From: Dickeya dadantii NCPPB 898
GTDB taxonomy: Bacteria; Pseudomonadota; Gammaproteobacteria; Enterobacterales; Enterobacteriaceae
Length of the DNA: 32,000 bases
Direction of reading: 5' to 3'
Assembly: GCF_000406145.1 (NCBI RefSeq)
Contig: NZ_CM001976.1
Span: 627,260-659,259, forward strand
Part shown: positions 21,648 through 31,609 of the stretch, in pieces
How positions within the stretch are numbered: the first letter of the stretch is position 1
How the letters are laid out: every line of letters starts with the position of its first letter
Position numbers and translations under genes: made by a program
Notes under the pieces: model-generated
What the model saw: only the letters and a program-made list of their open reading frames with translations
Told to the model about the DNA's origin: nothing
Databases searched by the model: none

Positions 21648-21757
21648 TCAGACCCGCTTTATAGGGGAGTTATATCTCCTGATGCGGGTGGTCGCGGGTA
21701 AGCCGCAAGAATTAGCGATGCCTCGCCAGGCGGTGGGGATAAACAACAGGTACGACT

Positions 21758-22093
21758 ATGTACGAAGCTCTTCTGGTAATTTTCCTGATTGTGGCGATTG
21801 GCCTGGTTGGTCTTATCATGCTGCAGCAAGGTAAAGGTGCAGATATGGGAGCGTCGTTCGGAGCAGGGGCTTCCGCTACCTTGTTTGGTTCGAGCGGATC
21901 CGGTAATTTCATGACCCGAATGACGGCGCTGTTTGCAACGCTGTTTTTCGTTCTCAGCCTGATTCTGGGGAACATGAGTTCCGACCACAGCAAGAAAGGT
22001 AGCGAGTGGGAAAGCCTGAGTCAGCCAGCTGCGCCCGAAAAAGCCGAGCAGTCAAAAGCACCGGCTGCACCGTCAAGCGATATTCCTAAATAA
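21758..22093 (+). CDS. secG: Preprotein translocase subunit SecG (111 aa)
   Basis: MYEALLVIFLIVAIGLVGLIMLQQGKGADMGASFGAGASATLFGSSGSGNFMTRMTALFATLFF... It is followed by tRNA-Leu, as in E. coli. Confidence 0.95.
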   Translation: MYEALLVIFLIVAIGLVGLIMLQQGKGADMGASFGAGASATLFGSSGSGNFMTRMTALFATLFFVLSLILGNMSSDHSKKGSEWESLSQPAAPEKAEQSKAPAAPSSDIPK

Positions 22094-22153
22094 TCGCGGG
22101 CGTTTCATCGGCGGTTAGGTTAAAGGCCGCTGATGATAAAAAGCAATTGTGAT

Positions 22154-22240
22154 GCCGAGGTGGTGGAATTGGTAGACACGCTACCTTGAGGTGGTAGTGC
22201 CCGATTGGGCTTACGGGTTCAAGTCCCGTCCTCGGTACCA
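22154..22240 (+). tRNA. leuU: tRNA-Leu (anticodon GAG), long variable arm, 87 nt
   Basis: GCCGAGGTGGTGGAATTGGTAGACACGCTACCTTGAGGTGGTAGTGCCCGATTGGGCTTACGGGTTCAAGTCCCGTCCTCGGTACCA, with anticodon loop TTGAGGT. It is almost identical to E. coli leuU and sits in the same position after secG. Confidence 0.95.
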
Positions 22241-22254
22241 ATCCTATAGATAAC

Positions 22255-22283
22255 TTGCATTTTTGAAGTTGTCAGCGTAGTAT
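22255..22283 (+). promoter_or_regulatory. Candidate promoter of the metY-rimP-nusA-infB operon (TTGCAT-17-TAGTAT)
   Basis: Hexamers at 22255-22260 and 22278-22283 with a 17-bp spacer. The -10 ends about 16 nt before the mature tRNA 5' end. Confidence 0.5.
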
Positions 22284-22299
22284 TTGCCACGTTTTCGGA

Positions 22300-22376
<77 letters not shown>

Positions 22377-22512
22377 CTTAACTTCCCAGAAAAGTTTTTT
22401 TTCAAATAAACTGTATTGCATCAAGCGCGTTATCTACGGTGAATTCTGAAAGAATACTTGATGGTAGTTATGCCGCAGCAGTTTGCGGTAAATAGGGTCC
22501 AGTTGCACAAAG

Positions 22513-22534
22513 CCCCGATATATCGGGGTTTTTT
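22513..22534 (+). terminator. Leader terminator/attenuator 1 between metY and rimP
   Basis: ccccgata/tatcgggg palindromic stem followed by tttttt. Confidence 0.6.
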
Positions 22535-22556
22535 GTTATCTGACAGCAGAATTACT

Positions 22557-22577
22557 GGGCTATTAAGCCCTTTTTTT
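22557..22577 (+). terminator. Leader terminator-like hairpin 2 just before rimP
   Basis: gggct-atta-agccc followed by ttttttt. The stem is short, so termination is probably weak. Confidence 0.4.
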
Positions 22578-22594
22578 ATGTCTTGGGGGTGGGC

Positions 22595-23047
22595 TTGTCC
22601 ACATTAGAACAAAAGTTAACAGAGATGATTTCGGCACCTGTTGAAGCCCTGGGCTATGAGCTGGTGGGCATTGAGTTCATTCGGGGACGCCAGTCGACAC
22701 TGCGAATCTATATTGATAGTGAAGATGGCATCACTGTTGATGATTGTGCTGATGTTAGCCACCAGGTCAGTGCGGTACTGGATGTTGAGGATCCCATATC
22801 CGTTGCCTATAACCTGGAAGTGTCGTCGCCCGGCCTGGAACGGCCGCTCTTTACCGCTGCGCATTACGAGCGTTTCGCGGGTGAAGAAGTTAGCCTGGTG
22901 CTGCGCATGGCGGTGCAGAATCGCCGTAAGTGGCAGGGCATCATCAAATCCGTTGAAGGCGAGATGATCACCGTAACAGTGGAAGGCAAAGATGAAGTGT
23001 TCGCGCTGAGCAATATCCAGAAGGCGAACCTGGTACCCCACTTTTAA
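22595..23047 (+). CDS. rimP: Ribosome maturation factor RimP (150 aa; non-ATG start)
   Basis: (M)[66 protein letters not shown]... There is no in-frame ATG near the N-terminus. TTG 22595 reproduces the E. coli length; TTG 22583 and GTG 22589 are alternatives. Confidence 0.9.
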   Translation: MSTLEQKLTEMISAPVEALGYELVGIEFIRGRQSTLRIYIDSEDGITVDDCADVSHQVSAVLDVEDPISVAYNLEVSSPGLERPLFTAAHYERFAGEEVSLVLRMAVQNRRKWQGIIKSVEGEMITVTVEGKDEVFALSNIQKANLVPHF

Positions 23048-23068
23048 AGTTTGGATGAGGCAACTAGG

Positions 23069-24559
23069 ATGAATAAAGAGATTCTGGCTGTTGTTGAAGC
23101 GGTTTCTAATGAAAAAGCCGTGCCGCGTGAAAAGATTTTTGAAGCGCTGGAGACTGCACTGGCGACAGCGACCAAGAAAAAGTACGAGCAGGAGATTGAT
23201 GTTCGTGTCTGTATCGATCGCAAAACCGGCGATTTCGATACCTTCCGCCGTTGGCAGGTGGTGAACGAAGTCACTCAGCCGACACGCGAAATCACTCTGG
23301 AAGCTGCACAGTTTGAAGAGCCGAGTATTGATCTGGGTGGTTACATCGAAGATCAGATCGAGTCCGTGACTTTCGACCGCATCACTACTCAGACTGCCAA
23401 GCAGGTTATCGTGCAGAAAGTGCGCGAAGCCGAGCGCGCCATGGTCGTTGACCAATTCCGTGAACAGGAAGGCGAGATTGTCACCGGTGTGGTCAAAAAA
23501 GTTAACCGCGATAACATCTCGCTGGATCTGGGCAGCAATGCTGAAGCTGTCATTGGCCGTGAAGACATGTTGCCGCGTGAGAACTTCCGCCCGGGCGACC
23601 GTATCCGCGGCGTATTGTATGCCGTCCGCCCGGAAGCGCGCGGGGCGCAGCTGTTTGTGAGCCGTTCCCGCCCCGAAATGCTGATTGAACTGTTTCGTAT
23701 CGAAGTGCCGGAAATCGGCGAAGAAGTTATTGAGATCAAAGCCGCTGCCCGTGATCCGGGTTCTCGCGCCAAGATCGCGGTCAAAACCAACGATAAACGT
23801 ATTGATCCGGTCGGCGCATGCGTAGGGATGCGCGGCGCGCGCGTTCAGGCGGTATCCAGCGAGCTGGGTGGCGAGCGTATTGATATCGTTCTGTGGGACG
23901 ATAATCCGGCGCAGTTTGTTATTAACGCCATGGCGCCAGCCGATGTGGCGTCCATTGTGGTCGATGAAGACAAGCACACTATGGACATCGCGGTTGAAGC
24001 CGGCAATCTGGCGCAGGCCATCGGCCGCAACGGTCAGAACGTTCGTCTGGCTTCTCAACTGAGTGGCTGGGAACTGAACGTGATGACGATTGAAGATCTG
24101 CAGGCTAAACACCAGGCAGAGGCCCATGCCGCCATCGATATTTTCACTAAGCACCTGGATATTGACGAAGAATTCGCGACGGCGCTGGTTGAAGAAGGCT
24201 TCTCTTCGCTGGAAGAGCTGGCTTATGTGCCAATTCATGAACTGCAGGAAATCGATGGTCTGGATGAAGAAACCATCGAAGCTCTGCGTGAGCGTGCAAA
24301 AGCGGCGCTGACCACGCTGGCCCTGGCGAATGAAGAAAATCGCGGCAATGGTCAGCCAGCGGAAGATTTGCTCAATTTATCTGGTCTGTCCCGCGAGCTG
24401 GCGTTTAAACTGGCCGCCCGTGGTGTTTGCACGCTGGAAGATCTTGCTGAGCAGGGCGTCGACGACCTGGCAGATATCGAAGGGCTTGATGAAGCACAAG
24501 CCGGCGAGCTGATTATGGCCGCACGTAATATCTGTTGGTTTGGTGGCAGTAACGAATAA
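23069..24559 (+). CDS. nusA: Transcription termination/antitermination factor NusA (496 aa)
   Basis: [47 protein letters not shown]..., with S1 and KH domains and the C-terminal acidic repeats ...[12 protein letters not shown] 23069 has gagg 8 nt upstream. Confidence 0.97.
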   Translation: MNKEILAVVEAVSNEKAVPREKIFEALETALATATKKKYEQEIDVRVCIDRKTGDFDTFRRWQVVNEVTQPTREITLEAAQFEEPSIDLGGYIEDQIESVTFDRITTQTAKQVIVQKVREAERAMVVDQFREQEGEIVTGVVKKVNRDNISLDLGSNAEAVIGREDMLPRENFRPGDRIRGVLYAVRPEARGAQLFVSRSRPEMLIELFRIEVPEIGEEVIEIKAAARDPGSRAKIAVKTNDKRIDPVGACVGMRGARVQAVSSELGGERIDIVLWDDNPAQFVINAMAPADVASIVVDEDKHTMDIAVEAGNLAQAIGRNGQNVRLASQLSGWELNVMTIEDLQAKHQAEAHAAIDIFTKHLDIDEEFATALVEEGFSSLEELAYVPIHELQEIDGLDEETIEALRERAKAALTTLALANEENRGNGQPAEDLLNLSGLSRELAFKLAARGVCTLEDLAEQGVDDLADIEGLDEAQAGELIMAARNICWFGGSNE

Positions 24560-24584
24560 CGAACTGTAGCAGGAAAGGAACAGC

Positions 24585-27302
24585 ATGACAGATGTAACCC
24601 TAAAATCACTGGCCGCAGAGATCCAGACGCCGGTTGACCGCCTGATACAGCAGTTTGCTGATGCGGGAATCACCAAGTCTGCATCGGACTCTGTGACTCA
24701 GAATGAGAAAGAAACACTGCTGGCGCACCTGAACCGCGAACGCGGCGGCGCGCCGGGAAAATTGACACTGCAGCGTAAAACACGTAGCACTTTAAATATC
24801 CCCAGCACCGGTGGTAAGAGTAAATCGGTGCAGATCGAAGTCCGCAAGAAGCGCACCTATGTAAAACGCGATCCTCATGACGAGCAGCAGGCTGCGGCAG
24901 AGGAAGAGCAGGCACGGCGTGAAGCGGAAGAACAGGCGCAACGCGCAGCCGAAGATCAAGCCAAACGCGAGGCCGAGGAAAAGGCCAAACGTGAGGAAGA
25001 AGAGAAGGCAAAGCGCGCTGTTGCTGAAGAGCAAGCCAAACGTGAGGCCGCTGAAAAAGCTAAGCGTGACGTAGCGGAAAAAGAGAAAGTGAGCAACCAA
25101 CAAAACGATAGTATGACTAAACCAGCTCAGGCTGAGAAAGCGCGTCGCGAAGCGGAAGCGGCTGAACTCAAGCGTAAGTCGGAAGAAGCGGCTCGTCGTA
25201 AGGTCGAGGAAGAAGCTCGTCGTATCGCTGAAGAAGCTCGCCGGATGGCAGAAGAAAATGCCGGACGTTGGGAAAAAGAAGGCGAAAAGAGCACCGAGGA
25301 CACAGATTACCACGTAACCACCTCTCATCACGCGCGTGAAGCGGAAGATGAGAATGATCGTCAGGTGGAAGGGGATCGCCGTGGTCGCGGCCGCAGCAGC
25401 AAGGTTACCAAACAGAAGAAAGGCAACCGTCTGTCCGAATCGAAAGCCGATCGCGAAGAAGCCCGTGCGGTGACGCGCGGCGGTAAGGGCAAACGTAAGC
25501 CGAGTACCCTGCAACAGGGCTTCAACAAGCCGGTGCAGGCGGTTAACCGCGATGTAGTGGTTGGTGAAACCATCACTGTGGCCGAGCTGGCGAACAAGAT
25601 GGCCGTCAAAGGTTCTCAGGTCATCAAGACCATGATGAAACTGGGCGCGATGGCTACCATCAACCAGGTTATCGATCAGGAAACCGCGCAGCTGGTAGCG
25701 GAAGAAATGGGTCATAAAGTGATCCTGCGCCGTGAAAACGAGCTGGAAGAAGCGGTAATGAGCGACCGTGATACCGGCTTGTCCTCCGCCGAATCGCGCG
25801 CGCCGGTCGTAACCATTATGGGCCACGTTGACCACGGTAAGACTTCGCTGCTGGACTACATCCGCTCCACCAAGGTAGCAGCTGGCGAGGCTGGTGGTAT
25901 TACCCAGCATATCGGTGCCTATCACGTTGAAACCGACAACGGCATGATTACCTTCCTGGATACGCCGGGGCACGCCGCGTTTACCGCCATGCGTGCGCGT
26001 GGCGCCCAGGCTACGGATATCGTGGTGCTGGTGGTGGCCGCTGATGACGGCGTGATGCCTCAGACCATCGAAGCTGTTCAGCATGCCAAGGCCGCCAAGG
26101 TACCGGTGGTGGTTGCCGTGAACAAAATCGACAAACCGGAAGCCGATCCGGATCGCGTCAAGAACGAACTGTCCCAGTACGGCATCATGCCGGAAGAGTG
26201 GGGCGGTGAATCCCAGTTTGTACATGTATCCGCTAAAAGTGGCGAAGGCATCGATGAACTGCTGGAAGCCATTTTGCTGCAGGCCGAAGTTCTGGAACTG
26301 AAAGCCATTCGCAGCGGCATGGCCAGCGGCGTGGTGATCGAGTCTTTCCTGGACAAAGGCCGTGGCCCGGTTGCGAGCGTGTTGGTACGTGAAGGTACCC
26401 TGAACAAGGGCGACATCGTACTGTGCGGTTTCGAATATGGCCGCGTGCGTGCCATGCGTGACGAACTGGGTCGCGAAATTACCGAAGCGGGTCCGTCCAT
26501 TCCGGTGGAAATCCTGGGTCTGTCCGGCGTACCGGCGGCTGGTGACGAAGCGACAGTGGTGCGTGACGAGAAGAAAGCGCGTGAAGTGGCGCTTTACCGT
26601 CAGGGTAAGTTCCGCGAAGTGAAGCTGGCGCGTCAGCAGAAGTCCAAGCTGGAAAACATGTTCGCCAACATGACCGAAGGCGAAGTTTCCGAGCTGAACA
26701 TTGTGATGAAAGCCGATGTTCAGGGCTCTGTGGAAGCGATTTCCGACTCGTTGCAGAAACTGTCCACCGACGAAGTCAAAGTCAAGATCGTGGGTTCCGG
26801 CGTGGGTGGTATCACCGAAACCGATGCCACGCTGGCCGCGGCATCCAACGCGATCATTCTTGGCTTTAACGTGCGTGCGGATGCCTCTGCCCGTCGTATC
26901 GTCGAAGCGGAAGGCTTGGATCTGCGTTACTACTCCGTCATCTATGATCTGATTGACGAAGTGAAGCAAGCGATGAGCGGTATGCTGGCGCCGGAATACA
27001 AGCAGGAAATTATCGGCTTGGCGGAAGTGCGCGATGTGTTCAAGTCACCGAAGTTTGGCGCGATTGCCGGCTGTATGGTGACCGAAGGGGTGGTGAAACG
27101 TCACAACCCAATTCGCGTGCTGCGTGACAACGTGGTTATTTTTGAAGGCGAGCTGGAATCTCTGCGCCGCTTCAAAGACGACGTCAACGAAGTCCGTAAT
27201 GGTATGGAATGTGGTATCGGCGTGAAGAACTACAATGACGTTCGCACCGGCGATGTGATCGAAGTGTTTGAAACCATTGAGATCAAACGCACCATCGACT
27301 GA
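24585..27302 (+). CDS. infB: Translation initiation factor IF-2 (905 aa)
   Basis: [29 protein letters not shown]..., a charged E/K/A/R-rich N-terminal region, a GTPase domain ([21 protein letters not shown]), and a conserved C-terminus. Conserved internal GTG/ATG starts lie at 25089 and 25113. Confidence 0.98.
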   Translation: MTDVTLKSLAAEIQTPVDRLIQQFADAGITKSASDSVTQNEKETLLAHLNRERGGAPGKLTLQRKTRSTLNIPSTGGKSKSVQIEVRKKRTYVKRDPHDEQQAAAEEEQARREAEEQAQRAAEDQAKREAEEKAKREEEEKAKRAVAEEQAKREAAEKAKRDVAEKEKVSNQQNDSMTKPAQAEKARREAEAAELKRKSEEAARRKVEEEARRIAEEARRMAEENAGRWEKEGEKSTEDTDYHVTTSHHAREAEDENDRQVEGDRRGRGRSSKVTKQKKGNRLSESKADREEARAVTRGGKGKRKPSTLQQGFNKPVQAVNRDVVVGETITVAELANKMAVKGSQVIKTMMKLGAMATINQVIDQETAQLVAEEMGHKVILRRENELEEAVMSDRDTGLSSAESRAPVVTIMGHVDHGKTSLLDYIRSTKVAAGEAGGITQHIGAYHVETDNGMITFLDTPGHAAFTAMRARGAQATDIVVLVVAADDGVMPQTIEAVQHAKAAKVPVVVAVNKIDKPEADPDRVKNELSQYGIMPEEWGGESQFVHVSAKSGEGIDELLEAILLQAEVLELKAIRSGMASGVVIESFLDKGRGPVASVLVREGTLNKGDIVLCGFEYGRVRAMRDELGREITEAGPSIPVEILGLSGVPAAGDEATVVRDEKKAREVALYRQGKFREVKLARQQKSKLENMFANMTEGEVSELNIVMKADVQGSVEAISDSLQKLSTDEVKVKIVGSGVGGITETDATLAAASNAIILGFNVRADASARRIVEAEGLDLRYYSVIYDLIDEVKQAMSGMLAPEYKQEIIGLAEVRDVFKSPKFGAIAGCMVTEGVVKRHNPIRVLRDNVVIFEGELESLRRFKDDVNEVRNGMECGIGVKNYNDVRTGDVIEVFETIEIKRTID

Positions 27303-27335
27303 TACGTGCAGTAACGTACCTGATGTTTTCATGCT

Positions 27336-27361
27336 GGGGGGCCGAGTGCCCCCCGATTTTT
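27336..27361 (+). terminator. Attenuator-like hairpin between infB and rbfA
   Basis: ggggggc-cgagt-gcccccc followed by gattttt. It is located inside an operon, so termination is presumably partial. Confidence 0.5.
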
Positions 27362-27376
27362 CTCTGAGGATTCATC

Positions 27377-27778
27377 ATGGCAAAAGAATTCAGCCGCACG
27401 CAGCGTGTGGCTCAGGAAATGCAAAAAGAAATCGCCATTATCATTCAGCGTGAAGTGAAAGATCCGCGTGTGGGCATGGCGACGGTATCCGGCGTGGAAG
27501 TGTCGCGCGATTTGGCTTACGCCAAAGTGTTTGTGACCTTTCTGAATGACAACGAACCGGAGCAGGTCAAAGCCGGGGTGAAGGCGTTGCAGGATGCGTC
27601 CGGTTTTATCCGTATGCTGTTGGGCAAGGCCATGCGTCTGCGTGTGGTGCCGGAACTGACCTTCTCCTATGACAATTCCCTGGTAGAAGGGATGCGGATG
27701 TCCAATCTGGTGACCAAAGTGGTCAAACGCGATGTGGAACGCCGTACTCCTGCCGCAGATGATGAGCAGGAGGGGTAA
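27377..27778 (+). CDS. rbfA: Ribosome-binding factor A (133 aa)
   Basis: [56 protein letters not shown]... Confidence 0.96.
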   Translation: MAKEFSRTQRVAQEMQKEIAIIIQREVKDPRVGMATVSGVEVSRDLAYAKVFVTFLNDNEPEQVKAGVKALQDASGFIRMLLGKAMRLRVVPELTFSYDNSLVEGMRMSNLVTKVVKRDVERRTPAADDEQEG

Positions 27779-28734
27779 TGTCGCGTCCTCGTCGCCGCGG
27801 CCGGGATATCCACGGCGTTTTGCTGCTGGATAAACCGCAAGGAGCATCGTCCAACGATGTGCTGCAGAAGGTAAAACGCCTCTTTAATGCCAACAAAGCC
27901 GGGCATACCGGCGCGCTGGATCCGCTGGCGACCGGCATGTTGCCGGTGTGTCTGGGGGAAGCGACCAAGTTTTCCCAGTACCTGTTGGATGCCGATAAAC
28001 GCTACCGGGTGATTGCTCGCTTGGGGCAGCGCACTGATACCTCGGATGCCGACGGTAATGTGATTCAGGAACGCCCGGTTGCCTTTCCCCATGACCTGCT
28101 GATGCAGGCGCTGGACAGTTTCCGTGGCGAGACCCAACAGGTGCCGTCAATGTATTCCGCGCTAAAATATCAGGGTCGCCCGCTGTACGAATATGCGCGT
28201 CAGGGGCTGGTCGTGCCGCGTGAAGCACGTGATATCACGGTGTATGAATTGCAGTTTATCCGTTGGGAAGAGGATGAGCTGGAACTGGAAATTCATTGCT
28301 CCAAGGGAACTTACATCCGCACCATTATTGATGACCTGGGCGAGAAGCTGGGGTGCGGTGCCCATGTGATTTATCTGCGCCGGTTGCAGGTGGCGACTTA
28401 TCCGATCGAGCGGATGGTGACCCTGGAACAGCTACAGGCATTGCGTGAGCAGGCGGAAGCGCAGGAGCAGCCGATCGGCGAATTGCTGGATGTGCTGCTG
28501 TTGCCGATGGATACCGCCGTGCAGGCGTTTCCGGAAGTGAATCTGTCGCCGGTGGTGGCGGGTTATCTCAAGCTGGGCCAGGCGGTGCGTGCTGCCGCTA
28601 CGCCGGCTGAGGGTATGGTACGCATCACCGAGGGTGATGAGCATCGGTTTATCGGTATGGGGGAAATTGATGATGAAGGTCGGGTCGCACCGCGTCGTCT
28701 GGTAGTGGAATACCCTGTGCCGGCGGATGCCTGA
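27778..28734 (+). CDS. truB: tRNA pseudouridine-55 synthase TruB (318 aa)
   Basis: [65 protein letters not shown] (catalytic Asp in HTGALDP). Its ATG overlaps the rbfA TAA by one base (TAATG), which suggests translational coupling. Confidence 0.96.
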   Translation: MSRPRRRGRDIHGVLLLDKPQGASSNDVLQKVKRLFNANKAGHTGALDPLATGMLPVCLGEATKFSQYLLDADKRYRVIARLGQRTDTSDADGNVIQERPVAFPHDLLMQALDSFRGETQQVPSMYSALKYQGRPLYEYARQGLVVPREARDITVYELQFIRWEEDELELEIHCSKGTYIRTIIDDLGEKLGCGAHVIYLRRLQVATYPIERMVTLEQLQALREQAEAQEQPIGELLDVLLLPMDTAVQAFPEVNLSPVVAGYLKLGQAVRAAATPAEGMVRITEGDEHRFIGMGEIDDEGRVAPRRLVVEYPVPADA

Positions 28735-28739
28735 GTGCC

Positions 28740-28768
28740 TTGCGATTACATGGCGCTGAGAGTAAAAT
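28740..28768 (+). promoter_or_regulatory. Candidate rpsO promoter (TTGCGA-17-TAAAAT)
   Basis: Hexamers at 28740-28745 and 28763-28768. This would give a leader of about 70 nt, long enough for the S15 autoregulatory operator/pseudoknot known in E. coli. Confidence 0.45.
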
Positions 28769-28838
28769 GGCGCGGCTTAAATCCTGGGCGGCTGAATTAG
28801 AGATCGGCGCCTGTTCTATCTATAATATTTTGGAGTAA

Positions 28839-29111
<273 letters not shown>

Positions 29112-29126
29112 TTCGACAAGTTTCAG

Positions 29127-29157
29127 GAGAAAGGGGCCTCTTTGGGCCCCTTTCTTC
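29127..29157 (+). terminator. rpsO intrinsic terminator (partial read-through into pnp expected)
   Basis: gagaaaggggcc-tctttg-ggcccctttct plus tct, 16 nt after the rpsO stop. Confidence 0.8.
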
Positions 29158-29223
29158 TAGGAAGTGCCAGCAAAACAGAGTAATGTATTGCTGTTGTAAA
29201 TATGATCCGTTATTACAGCGATT

Positions 29224-29283
29224 CGCGCGGCTAATGAGAGGCTTTATCTGTGGGTCGGATGAAGGTTGTCATTAGTCGCGAGG
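29224..29283 (+). promoter_or_regulatory. pnp 5'-leader long stem-loop (RNase III processing / PNPase autoregulation site)
   Basis: Left arm cgcgcggctaatgag (29224-29238) pairs with right arm tcattagtcgcgagg (29269-29283), with a few mismatches and G:U pairs. The structure ends about 79 nt upstream of the pnp UUG. An equivalent structure is established in E. coli. Confidence 0.55.
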
Positions 29284-29361
29284 ATGTAATGACCGGGTCG
29301 AGTATTAACTGGTGCGTCATATCAGGGATATGGCGCGCGCCTCTGGTAAAGGACAAGTATT

Positions 29362-31482
29362 TTGCTGAATCCGATCGTTCGTAAATTCCAGTACGGTCAG
29401 CATACCGTGACACTGGAAACCGGTATGATGGCTCGTCAGGCTACCGCTGCCGTAATGGTCAGCATGGATGACACCGCGGTATTCGTAACCGTGGTCGGCG
29501 CCAAACACGCCAAACCGGGCCAGGACTTTTTCCCGCTGACCGTTAACTATCAGGAGCGTACCTACGCTGCTGGCCGTATCCCCGGCAGTTTTTTCCGTCG
29601 TGAAGGCCGTCCGAGCGAAGGCGAAACGCTGACCTCCCGTCTGATCGACCGTCCGATTCGTCCGCTGTTCCCGGATGGTTTCGTTAATGAAGTGCAGGTT
29701 ATCGCCACCGTGGTTTCCGTTAATCCGCAGGTTAACCCGGATATCGTCGCCATGATCGGTGCTTCCGCTGCGTTGAGCCTGTCCGGTATTCCGTTCAATG
29801 GCCCGATTGGCGCGGCTCGCGTTGGTTACATCAACGACCAGTATGTGCTGAACCCGACTACCGAAGAGCTGAAAACTAGCCGTCTGGATCTGGTGGTTGC
29901 CGGTACTGAAGGCGCGGTGCTGATGGTGGAATCCGAAGCGGATCTGCTGAGCGAAGATCAGATGCTGGGCGCGGTAGTGTTCGGCCACGACCAGCAGCAG
30001 ATTGTTATCGAAAACATCAAGTCGTTGACGGCGGAAGCCGGCAAGCCGAAGTGGAACTGGCAGGCGCCGGAAATTAACGTCGAACTGCACGACCGTGTGA
30101 AAGCGCTGTCTGAAGCCCGTCTGGGCGATGCCTATCGCATCACCGAAAAACAGGAGCGCTACGCTCAGGTTGATACCATCAAATCCGACGTGGTTGCGGC
30201 TCTGCTGGCGGAAGATGACACGCTGGACGAGAACGAACTGCGCGATATTCTCGGCAGCATCGAGAAAAATGTGGTGCGTAGCCGTGTACTGAGCGGTGAA
30301 CCGCGTATCGACGGCCGTGAAAAAGACATGATCCGTGGTCTGGACGTTCGTACCGGCGTGCTGCCGCGTACCCACGGTTCCGCACTGTTCACCCGTGGCG
30401 AAACTCAGGCGCTGGTTACCGCAACGCTGGGTACCGAGCGTGACGCGCAGATTATTGACGAACTGATCGGCGAACGTACCGATCGCTTCCTGCTGCACTA
30501 CAACTTCCCGCCGTACTCCGTGGGTGAAACCGGTATGGTCGGGTCGCCGAAACGCCGTGAAATCGGTCACGGTCGTCTGGCTAAACGTGGTGTGTTGGCT
30601 GTGATGCCGAAACCGGAAGCTTTCCCGTACACTGTACGTGTGGTATCTGAAATCACTGAGTCCAACGGTTCTTCTTCCATGGCGTCCGTGTGCGGTGCGT
30701 CGCTGGCGCTGATGGATGCCGGCGTGCCGATCAAAGCTGCCGTTGCCGGTATCGCGATGGGCCTGGTAAAAGAAGGCGACAACTACGTTGTGCTGTCAGA
30801 CATCCTGGGTGACGAAGACCATCTGGGCGACATGGATTTCAAAGTGGCCGGTAGCCGTGAAGGCGTGACCGCGCTGCAGATGGACATCAAAATCGAAGGT
30901 ATCACCCGCGAAATCATGCAGGTGGCGCTGAATCAGGCTAAGGGTGCGCGTCTGCACATTCTGGGCGTGATGGAACAGGCCATTAGCACGCCGCGTGGCG
31001 ATATCTCTGAGTTCGCGCCGCGTATTCACACCATCAAGATCAGCACCGACAAGATCAAAGATGTGATCGGTAAAGGCGGTTCGGTGATCCGTGCGCTGAC
31101 CGAAGAAACCGGCACCACCATCGAGATCGAAGACGACGGTACGGTGAAAATCGCATCGACCGACGGCGAAAAAGCGAAACATGCTATTCGTCGTATCGAA
31201 GAGATCACCGCTGAAATCGAAGTTGGCCGTATCTATCAGGGCAAAGTGACCCGCATCGTTGACTTTGGCGCCTTTGTGGCCATCGGCGGCGGTAAAGAAG
31301 GTCTGGTACATATTTCTCAGATCGCCGACAAGCGTGTTGAGAAAGTGACCGACTATCTGCAGATGGGCCAGGAAGTACCGGTCAAGGTACTGGAAGTGGA
31401 CCGTCAGGGTCGTATCCGTTTGAGCATAAAAGAAGCAACTTCTCAATCTCAGGAAACTGTTCAGGTTTCCGAGGAAGAATAA
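29362..31482 (+). CDS. pnp: Polynucleotide phosphorylase (706 aa; TTG start)
   Basis: (M)[45 protein letters not shown]..., two RNase PH domains, then KH and S1 domains. The TTG start is the same as in E. coli pnp. Confidence 0.97.
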   Translation: MLNPIVRKFQYGQHTVTLETGMMARQATAAVMVSMDDTAVFVTVVGAKHAKPGQDFFPLTVNYQERTYAAGRIPGSFFRREGRPSEGETLTSRLIDRPIRPLFPDGFVNEVQVIATVVSVNPQVNPDIVAMIGASAALSLSGIPFNGPIGAARVGYINDQYVLNPTTEELKTSRLDLVVAGTEGAVLMVESEADLLSEDQMLGAVVFGHDQQQIVIENIKSLTAEAGKPKWNWQAPEINVELHDRVKALSEARLGDAYRITEKQERYAQVDTIKSDVVAALLAEDDTLDENELRDILGSIEKNVVRSRVLSGEPRIDGREKDMIRGLDVRTGVLPRTHGSALFTRGETQALVTATLGTERDAQIIDELIGERTDRFLLHYNFPPYSVGETGMVGSPKRREIGHGRLAKRGVLAVMPKPEAFPYTVRVVSEITESNGSSSMASVCGASLALMDAGVPIKAAVAGIAMGLVKEGDNYVVLSDILGDEDHLGDMDFKVAGSREGVTALQMDIKIEGITREIMQVALNQAKGARLHILGVMEQAISTPRGDISEFAPRIHTIKISTDKIKDVIGKGGSVIRALTEETGTTIEIEDDGTVKIASTDGEKAKHAIRRIEEITAEIEVGRIYQGKVTRIVDFGAFVAIGGGKEGLVHISQIADKRVEKVTDYLQMGQEVPVKVLEVDRQGRIRLSIKEATSQSQETVQVSEEE

Positions 31483-31499
31483 TAGCGGATAATCGATTG

Positions 31500-31527
31500 G
31501 CAGCTCCTTACGATGTGAAGGAGCTGC
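31500..31527 (+). other. Perfect 10-bp hairpin after pnp without a U-tract (RNA-stability element or weak terminator)
   Basis: gcagctcctt-acgatgtg-aaggagctgc followed by gtgtattat. Confidence 0.4.
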
Positions 31528-31609
31528 GTGTATTATAAGGAACGGATATCCTTATGCTGAGCAGTCGGGGACAGGATGTTCATCCAATGTTTGTCTTCGG
31601 GAGTAGGAA

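Noticed and set aside
21619-21988. Track ORFs 21619-21834(+), 21659-21988(-) and 21712-21993(-) overlapping secG
   Set aside because: They overlap the confidently identified secG or its leader in other frames or on the other strand, and none has independent support.
22616-24238. 540-aa ORF antisense to rimP and nusA
   Set aside because: It spans two independently well-supported sense genes and their junction and has no homology signal. It is an artefact.
24792-26969. 725-aa ORF antisense to infB
   Set aside because: It is the longest ORF in the window after infB itself, but it is the exact antisense register of a highly conserved GTPase gene and its sequence is low-complexity. It is an artefact.
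29317-31446. 417-aa and 216-aa ORFs antisense to pnp (29317-30570 and 30796-31446)
   Set aside because: Same reasoning: pnp is unambiguous, and the antisense products have no recognisable motifs.
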